Origin: Planctomycetota bacterium
GTDB taxonomy: Bacteria > Planctomycetota > SZUA-567 > H5-PLA8
Direction: 5' to 3'
DNA: 64,000 nt
NCBI GenBank assembly: GCA_045863855.1
Contig: BTVV01000006.1
Span: 1-64,000 of the forward strand
Part shown: piece after piece, positions 38,493-47,384 of the stretch
How the letters are laid out: each line of letters opens with the position of its first letter
Numbering within the stretch: position 1 is the stretch's first letter
Translations under genes and position numbers: made by a program
Notes under the pieces: generated by a model
What the model was told of the DNA's origin: nothing
Seen by the model: only the letters and a program-made list of their open reading frames with translations
Databases searched by the model: none

Positions 38493-40880
38493 TTACTCGA
38501 GCGGTGTCAACGTCAGGGTCGCCGGATCCAACCGCAGCACCATGACCTCCATGCGGCTGCAGTTTTTAATCCGCACGACTGCTTTCAGTTCGGGATCGTA
38601 GATCGGCGAGAAATCGCGGCCGGCCGCATTGGGGAACTGGAATTTGTCTCCCGTGCAAGGAGCCGTGAACCACTTTCGTTCGCCGAGCTTGTAGAAATAC
38701 AGTTGCTCAGGAGCGGCCTTGTCCTGGGTACAGACCAGCAGCGCCGCGTCCAGTTCGGGGATGTACGTCGAATCGCCGTGCGCTTTGACGAGCGGCTTGC
38801 CTTGAAGCTGTTCCTTCGCCCACTGCTTTGCCTTGAAGTCGAAGCACCATACCTCGCCGGTGTCGCGCGCGAAGTAAACCAGCCGGTCGCGCTTCGTATC
38901 GTGGCATAGGTGCCCGTGCTCGTCGTGTTTGGGACCGCTTCCCGAAATCACCTCTTCCCACTTGCCGGCAGCCACATTGGCCTTGGCCAGCGTTCCCGTG
39001 CTGTACGCGTACAGGCCGTGCGGCGTGGAACAGAACGAGACTTGCGACGCGACGCCGTATTTGCCAGGGCAGACCCCGATGTTCGTGACGAACATGCGGT
39101 GCTTGAGGTCGTACACGTCGCCGATGTAGGTAATCAGGCTGTTGCTCGCGATGTCGATCCCGTAGCTCTTGCGCGAATGCGTCGGCAGCAGCGACCAGCC
39201 TCCGGCGCTGATGCCTGGCGGGCCGGAGACCATTCCGTGCAGCCAGACGGGGTTGTAGTTGGGCGCGTCGGCCATGCCGACCCAGCGGTCCATTCCCACG
39301 TCGTACTCGATCACGTCGGCGCCGGGGTAGGTGCTGTGTCCGCCGCCCCAAGCGTAGGCGCGGTGGGTGCGCGGATCGTAAATGTTGCTGCCCCAATCGC
39401 GCCCCGGCGGCACCCAAGGCGGCTTGCGCAGCACCCAAGTGTTTGCCGGCTGTGCGGCGACCGCGGCCAGCCCGGCCTTCGGATCCTTCGAAGCCAGTTC
39501 CCCGGCCAGATACTCGTCGGGGAGTTTCGAACCCCAGCCCTTGCCTTTGCAGTGGTAATCGAGCTTCGGGTCGCGAGCCGCATCCGTGGGCGCCTTCGGC
39601 GCGGACGCCACATCCAGCTTTAGCGTGAAGACCGGCATCTTGTTGTTGCGCGATGGATTCGGGTATGCCGCCAGGACCACCAGGCCGCGCTTGGGATCGA
39701 AGTCCGCGCTGGCGTGAGCCGCTGGCGCGGGGAGATCCAGCCCCAGCTTCGTCCATTCCCCCTTGACCGTGTTGAAGGCCCAGGTGTCCTTCAGCGGCGT
39801 CCAGTTCCCGCCGTATCCGCCCACCAGCAGCAGCGTCTTCTGGGCGGGTACGTAGACCAGCGCGTGGCCCGCTCGCGCCTGCGGCGAGACCGGCGTCTTC
39901 ACCTCGCTCCAGGCACGGCTGGCGCAATCGTATACCCACGTGTCGCCGATACAGCGCATCAGGTCGTCGCCGCCGAAAAGCACGATCTTCTTCGCGTCCG
40001 AGTCGTAGGCCAGGCCCGGCAGGATGCGCGCGCCGGGTTGCTTGCTCAGCGGCTGTTCGATCGCCTTCCAGCTCTTCGTGCTCTCCGAAAAGGTCCAGGT
40101 GCCGCAATGCGACGGATACCAGCGCCGGGCGGAGGTCACGCCCGAATCGTCCGGCGTCAGCCGCCGCACGCGCTTGGCCGCTTCGTCAAAGATCCAGTCG
40201 CCCGGCTTCACCGGTTCCTTGTCCGCGCTCATCCGGCCCCACACCCCGCCCCCGCCGAACGAGACCGCCTCCTTGTTGTGCGCGTCGTAGCAGAGCGCGC
40301 CCCATAACGGGAGCCGCTTGCCCGCCTTGTTCGCCGCCTCGCCCACCGGCACCGGCAGCACCGCCTTCGCCGCCGGGTTGTACGCCTCGAAGTCCTCGCT
40401 CATCGAGAGCGGACTCAGGAGCGGCTCCCACACCACGCTTTCCGGATCGAGCAGCCAACCGGCGGTCGGTTGCTTTTTCGACGACCACCACCACTCCTGT
40501 TTGAGAAACAGAATCTTCTTCAGCCCCGGCAGGTAGACATAGCCCTTGGGCGAATCGAACGTGTCGGGCGTAGCGGGCGTCTTTCCCGGAGCAAACTCCC
40601 ACTTGGGGTTCTCGAAAGAGATTTTGCGCAGGCCGGGGCCTTCCTTGGCTTCCGTTTCGGTCAGCATCGGCGCGACCACGCCGCAGTCACGGTCCGCGAG
40701 CCAGAGGAAAGCCGGTCCGGTGAGGCTCGGCCAGTTGCCCTTGGGCGGCGGATACGTCCCGTCGCCCAGCGGTGTCCAGACATTTACCTGCGGATTCCCG
40801 AGGTTCGGCTGCGCTTCGGAGGCGCGCACCAGCGCTGCGGCCAACACGGCACATGCGAGTAACAGAGCGATTCTTGGCAT
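38493..40880 (-). CDS. Secreted Kelch-like double beta-propeller protein
   Basis: Signal peptide; IVLFGGD...DTWVYD...W, LLVGGY...DTWAFN...W; WGGGH; ATG 40880. Confidence 0.8.
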   Translation of the reverse strand: MPRIALLLACAVLAAALVRASEAQPNLGNPQVNVWTPLGDGTYPPPKGNWPSLTGPAFLWLADRDCGVVAPMLTETEAKEGPGLRKISFENPKWEFAPGKTPATPDTFDSPKGYVYLPGLKKILFLKQEWWWSSKKQPTAGWLLDPESVVWEPLLSPLSMSEDFEAYNPAAKAVLPVPVGEAANKAGKRLPLWGALCYDAHNKEAVSFGGGGVWGRMSADKEPVKPGDWIFDEAAKRVRRLTPDDSGVTSARRWYPSHCGTWTFSESTKSWKAIEQPLSKQPGARILPGLAYDSDAKKIVLFGGDDLMRCIGDTWVYDCASRAWSEVKTPVSPQARAGHALVYVPAQKTLLLVGGYGGNWTPLKDTWAFNTVKGEWTKLGLDLPAPAAHASADFDPKRGLVVLAAYPNPSRNNKMPVFTLKLDVASAPKAPTDAARDPKLDYHCKGKGWGSKLPDEYLAGELASKDPKAGLAAVAAQPANTWVLRKPPWVPPGRDWGSNIYDPRTHRAYAWGGGHSTYPGADVIEYDVGMDRWVGMADAPNYNPVWLHGMVSGPPGISAGGWSLLPTHSRKSYGIDIASNSLITYIGDVYDLKHRMFVTNIGVCPGKYGVASQVSFCSTPHGLYAYSTGTLAKANVAAGKWEEVISGSGPKHDEHGHLCHDTKRDRLVYFARDTGEVWCFDFKAKQWAKEQLQGKPLVKAHGDSTYIPELDAALLVCTQDKAAPEQLYFYKLGERKWFTAPCTGDKFQFPNAAGRDFSPIYDPELKAVVRIKNCSRMEVMVLRLDPATLTLTPLE

Positions 40881-40900
40881 GGAGGCGCCTCTTTTTGTGT

Positions 40901-42043
40901 TCATTTGGCCGTGCCGGGCAGGCTGCCAGGGGTGTCGGAAAGTTTGAACGCAACGGTTTTCCAGCCGCGGCCAACGATCAGGTGAACGTTGTTCACCGGG
41001 TCATAATCGTGGCGGTGGCGGATCATCTTTTCACCCACCAGCGCTTCGGCGTTCGAGCCTGTCTTGTACCAGCGGTTATCGCGGGGGCTGAAATAGAAGA
41101 AATCTCCTTCGGCGAAAACGACGAAGACGCGATTGCGCGGATCGTAGACCGCGTTGCAGTCGTGCGTGGCCGGTGCTTCGCCCTGCGTCTCGACGGTCGT
41201 CCACTGTCCGCTCTTGAGGTCATATTTGCAGAAGAGCTTGTTCTGCGGAGTTTCTTTAGGTCCGCGCGGGAGCGCCACCAGCGCTTCCTCGTCGGGGAAA
41301 TACTCCAGGCCCGCATAGGAGTACGGCAGACCTTTCGGAATCTTGCCCAGATCGCGCACCTCCTCGGTCTTCCAGTTCACCGCGCGAAAGGTCCCGGTCT
41401 GCGCGTAAAAGTAAATCCAGTCGGGCTCCTTGGGCCAGACCGCGGAGCCGACATGATTCATCGCCAGCCCGGCCTTTTTGCTTACCGACCACTCGCGTTT
41501 GACCGGATCGAACGTCCACAGCCCCGAGCCTTTGTAGCATTCCTTGTAAACCGTTCCGTCGAGGTACGAGCCGCCGATTTCACCCACCAACTGAGTGCAG
41601 ATCATCAGCGACTGGTTGGGCGGCACCACCAGTCCGTCGTACGTGTGGCGGCTGGAAGCGTAAATCTTGCCTTGGTATCTGAGACCGCCAAGGGGCTTCT
41701 TTTCCGCGTCGAAGAGCGCATTCTCGCGGGTGTACTCTTTCGGCGAGATGTCCGGACTGAGTTCGGACCATTGCAACGTGGCGGGATCGAATTCATGAAC
41801 GCTGTTGGGAAACTTGCGCGTCGCGTGCCCGCCGCCGAAGGCGTAGAAGCGGTGGCGGTGCGGATCGTAGACGATGCCGCTGAAATCGAGCACATTGCCG
41901 TCGCCTTTGTAGCCCTCGCTGGCCAGCAGCGCGGACTTCTCGGCCAGACCGGCGAGCTTGGGATGGGGCGCGAACCGGGCCGCCGGTTCGCCCGCGTACG
42001 ACGCCGCGGCAATGCTCAACAGCACGAACAGGATCGAACGCAT
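40901..42043 (-). CDS. Secreted single beta-propeller protein
   Basis: Signal peptide MRSILFVLLSIAAASYA; YDP..FGGGH, SRHTYD, repeated (F/Y)DP...W blades; ATG 42043. Confidence 0.75.
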   Translation of the reverse strand: MRSILFVLLSIAAASYAGEPAARFAPHPKLAGLAEKSALLASEGYKGDGNVLDFSGIVYDPHRHRFYAFGGGHATRKFPNSVHEFDPATLQWSELSPDISPKEYTRENALFDAEKKPLGGLRYQGKIYASSRHTYDGLVVPPNQSLMICTQLVGEIGGSYLDGTVYKECYKGSGLWTFDPVKREWSVSKKAGLAMNHVGSAVWPKEPDWIYFYAQTGTFRAVNWKTEEVRDLGKIPKGLPYSYAGLEYFPDEEALVALPRGPKETPQNKLFCKYDLKSGQWTTVETQGEAPATHDCNAVYDPRNRVFVVFAEGDFFYFSPRDNRWYKTGSNAEALVGEKMIRHRHDYDPVNNVHLIVGRGWKTVAFKLSDTPGSLPGTAK

Positions 42044-42054
42044 AGTGCATTTCC

Positions 42055-44394
42055 TCACTTGAGCGGCTGTGCGCCGAGCGTCGCCGCGTCCACCTTCAAC
42101 ACCTGGAGGCAGCCCTTCTTGAGCGCGCACAGCGTGCCCCAAACTAAATCGCGCTTCGCGTCGTACACGAGGCCCAGGTCCACACTGGAGCCGGCCTTGC
42201 CGCGATTCATGAATTCCGCGCCAGGCATCTTTGCGGCCACCCAGCGGTTCTTTTCACAGTCGTAGAAAGGAACCACGAGACCGCCTTCGCCCTGCAAGAG
42301 GAAACCGAGCATGACCAGATCGCTCTTGGGCAGATAGACCGATTCGCGCGCAAACCGGCTTCCCTTGATCAGGTCCATGCCTTCGGGGTTAAGTTTCTTG
42401 ACCTCGCCGCTCTTCAGGTCCGCGGACCAGACCTGACCGTGCGGGCCTTCCTTGCCGGTTGAGGTGGTGAAAAGCAGCCGGTCGCGCTTCGAGTCGTAGG
42501 TGACCGTCGAAGCGTCGCAGACCGTGTGAGGCAGCGGTTCGCCGGTGGTCGGGATTTCCTTCCAGACCTTCCCGCTTTCCAGCTTCCACAGGCCGTGCTT
42601 GGATTGGTTTTGCTTGGTCTGAGTCCAGCAGATCATGCCGCTGGGTGTCGAGACCAGGTAGTTGATGTACTTACTGACGGCGAAGGGCAGGTCTTCGAAC
42701 TTTTCCGCGTGCGGCCACGTCCGTGCGATCGGATCGTAAAAAAGCGTCATCCGAGTCTTAATGTATACGACGCGCTTGGTCGTCGGGTCGTACTCGTAGG
42801 CTTGGTAATTATGATTACCCCAAGGCGCCCCGTTGAACCCCCACATCCCGGGGCCGTTCAGGTCGTAGTTGAATTCCAGCGCGAACTGCGGCCGGCACGC
42901 GATGCTCCAGCGCCCGGTGGCGATATCGTAGTGCGCCATGTCGTTGCCGAAGTACGAACTGTGCCCGCCGCCCATGTGGAGGATCTGGTCGCGATCGGTG
43001 TCCAGCGCCACGGTGCTCCACCCGCCGCCTTGCCGGTTCTCCGGCCAGCGCGGGCACTCCAGCGCCGTCCAGGTGTTGGGCGTAAGGTTTTTCAGCACGG
43101 CCGCCGTGGCGGAAACGTCCGGCTCGGGGACATCCTTCGTGTACCACTCGGGATCGAACGAGCCGCTGCGGAACTCGAGCGTCCCCGGCGGCACTCCGAA
43201 TTTGGAGGTGCCTTCGGAGTCGTGCGCGGAGGCGTCAAGCCGGCAGAGCCAAGCGCTGTGCGCACTGCCTTTTTGGGTGCCGGGACCGATCCATAACACC
43301 GTATCGTCATCGGAGACTGCGGCTACTGCGGCGCTATCGGCTCCGCCTCGGCCCGTGTAGTCGGCCGGCCCGTTCTGCTCGAAGCGGCGAATCAGCTTCC
43401 AGTCGTTTGCCACGACATCGTAGTTCCATACCTCGAAAGGGAGTGGCTTGTATAGGGTGGCGCAATACGCAGTGGACGAGGTGTAGCCCTTGCCCCCCAG
43501 CAGAACGATCTTCCCGCTCTTCGGCAGACGCAGCAGCGCGTGCCCGAATCGCGGCGCAGGATTAATCGGCGGCTTCCGCTCTTCCCATGTGCGTGTCGCA
43601 CAGTCGTAGACCCAGGTGTCCGCATAAAGCTGGTCGAGGCGGTCGCCGCCAAAGAGGACGATCTTTTTCGTGGCCGGGTCGAAGACCATCGGCGCGAGCG
43701 CGCGCGGCGGCGGTTCGACGGCAAGCTCCAGCTTGCGCCAATCGTTCTTCTCGGTCCCGTACACCCACGTGCCCGGCGCGCCGTTCTCCGTCGCCACGCC
43801 GCAGCCGCCGAAAAGCAGGATCTCCTTGTTCGCTTCGTCCGCGCACAGTGCCGACCAACTCAGGCTTTCGCGGTACGAATTGACGGCGGGCATCGGGCCG
43901 ACCGGCGCTTTCAAGTCCTCCCATGTACGCGCCTGCGGATCGTAGCGCAGCACGCGCCCGCAGATCAGCGCGTAGACCTTTCCGTCCCACGGTGCTCGCG
44001 TGTAGTGGTACCACAGGCACATATGCCGCCGGTTCGGACGTTGCAGGCCTTCGTCGTCGCCCAAGCCGAAGAAGGGGCTCTTGAAGCCCACGTCCTTGAC
44101 GTTGCCGGTCTCGCCGCCGCGACCCTCGGCGCCTTTGGGAAGTTCGTTGCGCCACTGCCTGTCCGCCGGATCGAAGCTCATCACGTCGTACGGACGTTCG
44201 CCGGTGAAGTGGTGGCTGATGGCGCCGCAGAAATACACGAAGCGTTTCAGCTCCGGTGACCAGACCAGGCCTGGAGAAAAACCGGGGCCGAGTCCGTTTT
44301 CGGTCACTTTGGTCCACTCGTTAGCCGCGGGTTCGCCGCCCATGAGCGGCATGGCGAGGCCGGCCAGCAGGAGCAACAGAGGCAGGTGCTTCAT
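42055..44394 (-). CDS. Secreted Kelch-like double beta-propeller protein, paralog of 38493-40880
   Basis: Signal peptide; ILLFGG, IVLFGGD..DTWVYD, IVLLGG, MGGGH. Confidence 0.8.
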   Translation of the reverse strand: MKHLPLLLLLAGLAMPLMGGEPAANEWTKVTENGLGPGFSPGLVWSPELKRFVYFCGAISHHFTGERPYDVMSFDPADRQWRNELPKGAEGRGGETGNVKDVGFKSPFFGLGDDEGLQRPNRRHMCLWYHYTRAPWDGKVYALICGRVLRYDPQARTWEDLKAPVGPMPAVNSYRESLSWSALCADEANKEILLFGGCGVATENGAPGTWVYGTEKNDWRKLELAVEPPPRALAPMVFDPATKKIVLFGGDRLDQLYADTWVYDCATRTWEERKPPINPAPRFGHALLRLPKSGKIVLLGGKGYTSSTAYCATLYKPLPFEVWNYDVVANDWKLIRRFEQNGPADYTGRGGADSAAVAAVSDDDTVLWIGPGTQKGSAHSAWLCRLDASAHDSEGTSKFGVPPGTLEFRSGSFDPEWYTKDVPEPDVSATAAVLKNLTPNTWTALECPRWPENRQGGGWSTVALDTDRDQILHMGGGHSSYFGNDMAHYDIATGRWSIACRPQFALEFNYDLNGPGMWGFNGAPWGNHNYQAYEYDPTTKRVVYIKTRMTLFYDPIARTWPHAEKFEDLPFAVSKYINYLVSTPSGMICWTQTKQNQSKHGLWKLESGKVWKEIPTTGEPLPHTVCDASTVTYDSKRDRLLFTTSTGKEGPHGQVWSADLKSGEVKKLNPEGMDLIKGSRFARESVYLPKSDLVMLGFLLQGEGGLVVPFYDCEKNRWVAAKMPGAEFMNRGKAGSSVDLGLVYDAKRDLVWGTLCALKKGCLQVLKVDAATLGAQPLK

Positions 44395-44470
44395 GCGAGT
44401 CTCCTTTTGCTCACAGCCTGGATTGTGCCGGCCGCCAGCGTACGAACTCTTGAAGCCGATCGAACCGGAC

Positions 44471-45610
44471 TCACGCGCCGACGTCCCCGCCGCGCCGCAA
44501 CGCTTCTTCCGCCGCTTGCGGGCGAATCAGGCTTACGCGCACGTCGATGCGGCAGGCCGGACCGTCAGGCTGAGCGCGCCGTTCGCGCAAGCGGCTCAAC
44601 GCCAGCCGCGCCATTTCCGACGGTTTCCAGACCAGCGTCGCCGGAACATCACCGCCCAGAAACGCCGGCGCCAGCGTCTCGCGGTACTCGTACGCATTGG
44701 CCCAGCCGACCAACTCCACGTCCTTGCCCACTTTAAAGCCCGCCTGCCGGATCCCATCTGCCGCGCCCAGCGTCATCGCCACCCAAGGGCAGATCAGCGC
44801 CGTCGGCCGATCCGCGGCGCTCAGCAGCGCCTGGACCTGACGCGCCGCGCCTACCGCATCTTCGTTCGAAGCGATGATCGCCAGATGCCGGGGATCGAAA
44901 TCCAGCCCCGCGTCGTTCAAGCCTGCGCGCGCGCCCGCGAAGCGTTCGCGCCAGTGTGCAAAGCCCCGCGTCGGACCCACCCAGCCGATCCGCGTGTGGC
45001 CCTGTGCCACCGCATACGCCGCGCCCAACCGCACGCCGTCCACGTTGTCTTGGATCACCATGTCCACGCCCGGCTCGGTCGAATGCGCATCGACCACAAC
45101 AAACGGCAGCCCGGATTGCTGCGCCGCGCGGATCAGAGGAAGTTCACTCCCGTCCAACAGCACCGCTTGCACGCGGGCTTCGGCCAATTCACGGAAGACT
45201 TCCGCCGCCGGACGCCCTTTACAGCCCACCGCCAGCAAGGTTCCGCTAGCCCCCACATGCGCTTGCTGAAACGCGTTCAGGATCTGAGCGTGTGTCGAAT
45301 CCCAGCGTTCGTGAGGCCCCGCCTGCGCCAGTACGTACGCCACCGTCTGCACAGGGGAATGGGCGCTTGAGCGCGGGCGCACGCGGTATCCTTTAGAGGG
45401 CACCGGCTCCAACAAGCCTTCCGCCACCAACCGCGCCAGCGAGCGTCGCACCGTCACCCGGCTTACCTTGTAGCGCTGGCCCAACTCGCGCTCCGCCGGT
45501 AAGTACGCATCCGGACCCCACTGCACGCCGCCGACGAAGGCTCGTAGCGTCTCCGCAAGGTCGTCCGTCAGGTTTCGGCGAGCGGTTAAGAGCTTGGTCT
45601 GCATCGGCAT
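44471..45610 (-). CDS. GntR-HTH plus LacI-type effector domain regulator
   Basis: LPAERELGQRYKVSRVTVRRSL..L..EG; QDN..G, GHTRIG, RF.G, PTALIC, DVELVG; ATG 45604 has better SD spacing. Confidence 0.9.
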   Translation of the reverse strand: MPMQTKLLTARRNLTDDLAETLRAFVGGVQWGPDAYLPAERELGQRYKVSRVTVRRSLARLVAEGLLEPVPSKGYRVRPRSSAHSPVQTVAYVLAQAGPHERWDSTHAQILNAFQQAHVGASGTLLAVGCKGRPAAEVFRELAEARVQAVLLDGSELPLIRAAQQSGLPFVVVDAHSTEPGVDMVIQDNVDGVRLGAAYAVAQGHTRIGWVGPTRGFAHWRERFAGARAGLNDAGLDFDPRHLAIIASNEDAVGAARQVQALLSAADRPTALICPWVAMTLGAADGIRQAGFKVGKDVELVGWANAYEYRETLAPAFLGGDVPATLVWKPSEMARLALSRLRERRAQPDGPACRIDVRVSLIRPQAAEEALRRGGDVGA

Positions 45611-45794
45611 TCCTTTGGTATTAAACTGATACTATAGAGGTATATACACCGGCGATGGCGTATCGCGCTGGATCTTTTTGATTTCTATTACTGTAGATGT
45701 GAAATGGAGTTGCGTGATATCGACTAGATTCATTAAGTGTCACGCCCGGACTTGTGTTCAACCCACCCCAATAGGCATGAGCGATCGCCTGGGA

Positions 45795-46358
45795 CTACAG
45801 TTCCCGAAGGGCCAAGTTAATCCAGCCGGAGTCCCAGTGGTGCTTCAGGTCGGGTCGAGGCAGGAACGTGTGCGCCGCCCTTGCGCGCTTCAACGCTTCG
45901 GACAGTTCGACCATCTCCGTATGAAAGTTCGCGCCAGAAATCAGAATCAGCCGATGCGTTAGCGATACCGCAGTGCGAAAGGTCTCCAGGTTTTCCATAG
46001 GCAGGTCCGTGCGCCATGCTTCATCGCCAGGATAAAAAGGAGCCGTACCCCAATTGGGGAGTTTCCTGCGCGCGACCGGCGCATCGAAGATCACAGTTGC
46101 CGCGATTCGGTGCGGAAGTTCCCGCGCCAAGTTCCAGGCGCCCAATCCCGACTTGCTGAAGCCGAACAGCACCATCCGTTCCGCGCCCAGCGCTTCAATT
46201 TGCGCGGCGGCTTCGCGGCGCACCTGAGCGTTGTACCAGACCAGATGCGGAAAGCGGACCGTGTGGATGCGCAGGTCCGGCCGTCCGCTAATCCGATCCG
46301 GGCTGGAGCCAAAGGTTAGGTCGTTCGGCTCGGTGGCGGGCAGGAAAACGAGATGCAT
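45795..46358 (-). CDS. Small alpha/beta-hydrolase-fold protein
   Basis: LFGFSKSG.GA nucleophile elbow, FDAP, KHHWDSGW. Confidence 0.7.
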   Translation of the reverse strand: MHLVFLPATEPNDLTFGSSPDRISGRPDLRIHTVRFPHLVWYNAQVRREAAAQIEALGAERMVLFGFSKSGLGAWNLARELPHRIAATVIFDAPVARRKLPNWGTAPFYPGDEAWRTDLPMENLETFRTAVSLTHRLILISGANFHTEMVELSEALKRARAAHTFLPRPDLKHHWDSGWINLALREL

Positions 46359-46531
46359 TCGTAAAGCTCCCCGCTCATGTGCGCCAAGCGCCGCCGCATG
46401 ACACTCGTTCGATTAAAGATTACCTCATTTAACAAAATGGGCGGATTGCCTACCACAAAACGAGCGTAACCTCGTTCTACTCCGGGTCTTTGCTTGCAAC
46501 CGGGTGGCGTTTAGGACGCACAGGAGCACGC

Positions 46532-46906
46532 ATGGTCATCGAGTATGCCGTAACTATCGTCGAGTCGAGGACGGGAACCAAGGCTGCGCGTCTGGAGGTC
46601 GTCGGAGGGCTTGATCCCAATACGCTTGACTCGTTTAAGGAAGTCGTCGAGAAGCTCTTCGATCGTGGCGCGCGCAATCTGATTCTCGACTGCTCACGGA
46701 CCAAATTCATCAGTTCCAGCGGCTTGGCCGCATTGCTGAACTTCTCGGATCGCTTTGCGGTCGCCGGCGGCGGCATGGCTATGACGCACGTTCCGCACAA
46801 CATCTTGCGCGTGATTTACCTGATGGGGTTCGATAAGCACCTTACCGTTTTTGCCGACGACGCTACCGCGCTGGTCTGGTTCAAAGGCATCGCGATGGGC
46901 ATGTGA
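46532..46906 (+). CDS. STAS-domain anti-sigma factor antagonist
   Basis: G.LD, LILD.S...FISSSGL..L, V..LMGFD..L; ATG 46532 after AGGAG. Confidence 0.88.
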   Translation: MVIEYAVTIVESRTGTKAARLEVVGGLDPNTLDSFKEVVEKLFDRGARNLILDCSRTKFISSSGLAALLNFSDRFAVAGGGMAMTHVPHNILRVIYLMGFDKHLTVFADDATALVWFKGIAMGM

Positions 46907-46917
46907 TCGCGCCAGAC

Positions 46918-47280
46918 TTACGGATCGCGGTGCACCGTTTCAGGCGCGAAGGCCGGCAGACAAACAGCGACATACTCCGCGCCTTCGGGCTCGGGCGAAC
47001 TGTAGCGCACCCATTCGCCCGGATGCGCGATGACGGCTTGGCCCGCGCGGATTTCCAACGCGCCGTCTTCGAAATCCACGCGCAAAAGCCCGCGCAGCAC
47101 CAACGTGTACTCCGCGAATTCCGGGCGCTGTCCGGGCTCGATCCAGCCGCCCGGCGAAACCATCCGCGCGACGCTGACGCTTCGCGTTCCCGAATTCACC
47201 GCGCCCACGAATTCCTCGATGCGTTTGGGCTTATTCCCCGCCGCTTGAATCACCGTGGGTTGTTCGATCTTCGTGGGCAT
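46918..47280 (-). CDS. Cupin domain protein (EutQ-like)
   Basis: K.IEEFVG.VNSG, SP.GW.EPGQ.PEF.EYTLVL.G, GEWVRYSSP, VCLPAF; ATG 47280. Confidence 0.85.
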   Translation of the reverse strand: MPTKIEQPTVIQAAGNKPKRIEEFVGAVNSGTRSVSVARMVSPGGWIEPGQRPEFAEYTLVLRGLLRVDFEDGALEIRAGQAVIAHPGEWVRYSSPEPEGAEYVAVCLPAFAPETVHRDP

Positions 47281-47384
47281 GCGCGCGCTCCTGGGCCGCC
47301 AGGGCACCATCCCATGCCGGGCGTGCGGATGCAACGGAGCGGTGCGCGAGTGCGGTCAACGCGTGGTAGAGCCGGCCCGCGCTT

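Noticed and set aside
45680..45698. GATTTCTATTACTGTAGAT resembles the 3' part of a Cas12a repeat
   Set aside because: Single copy, no spacers, no cas genes; probably chance in an AT-rich promoter region.
45650..46910. Slightly lower-GC segment as a possible mobile island
   Set aside because: No integrase, transposase, tRNA or flanking direct repeats.
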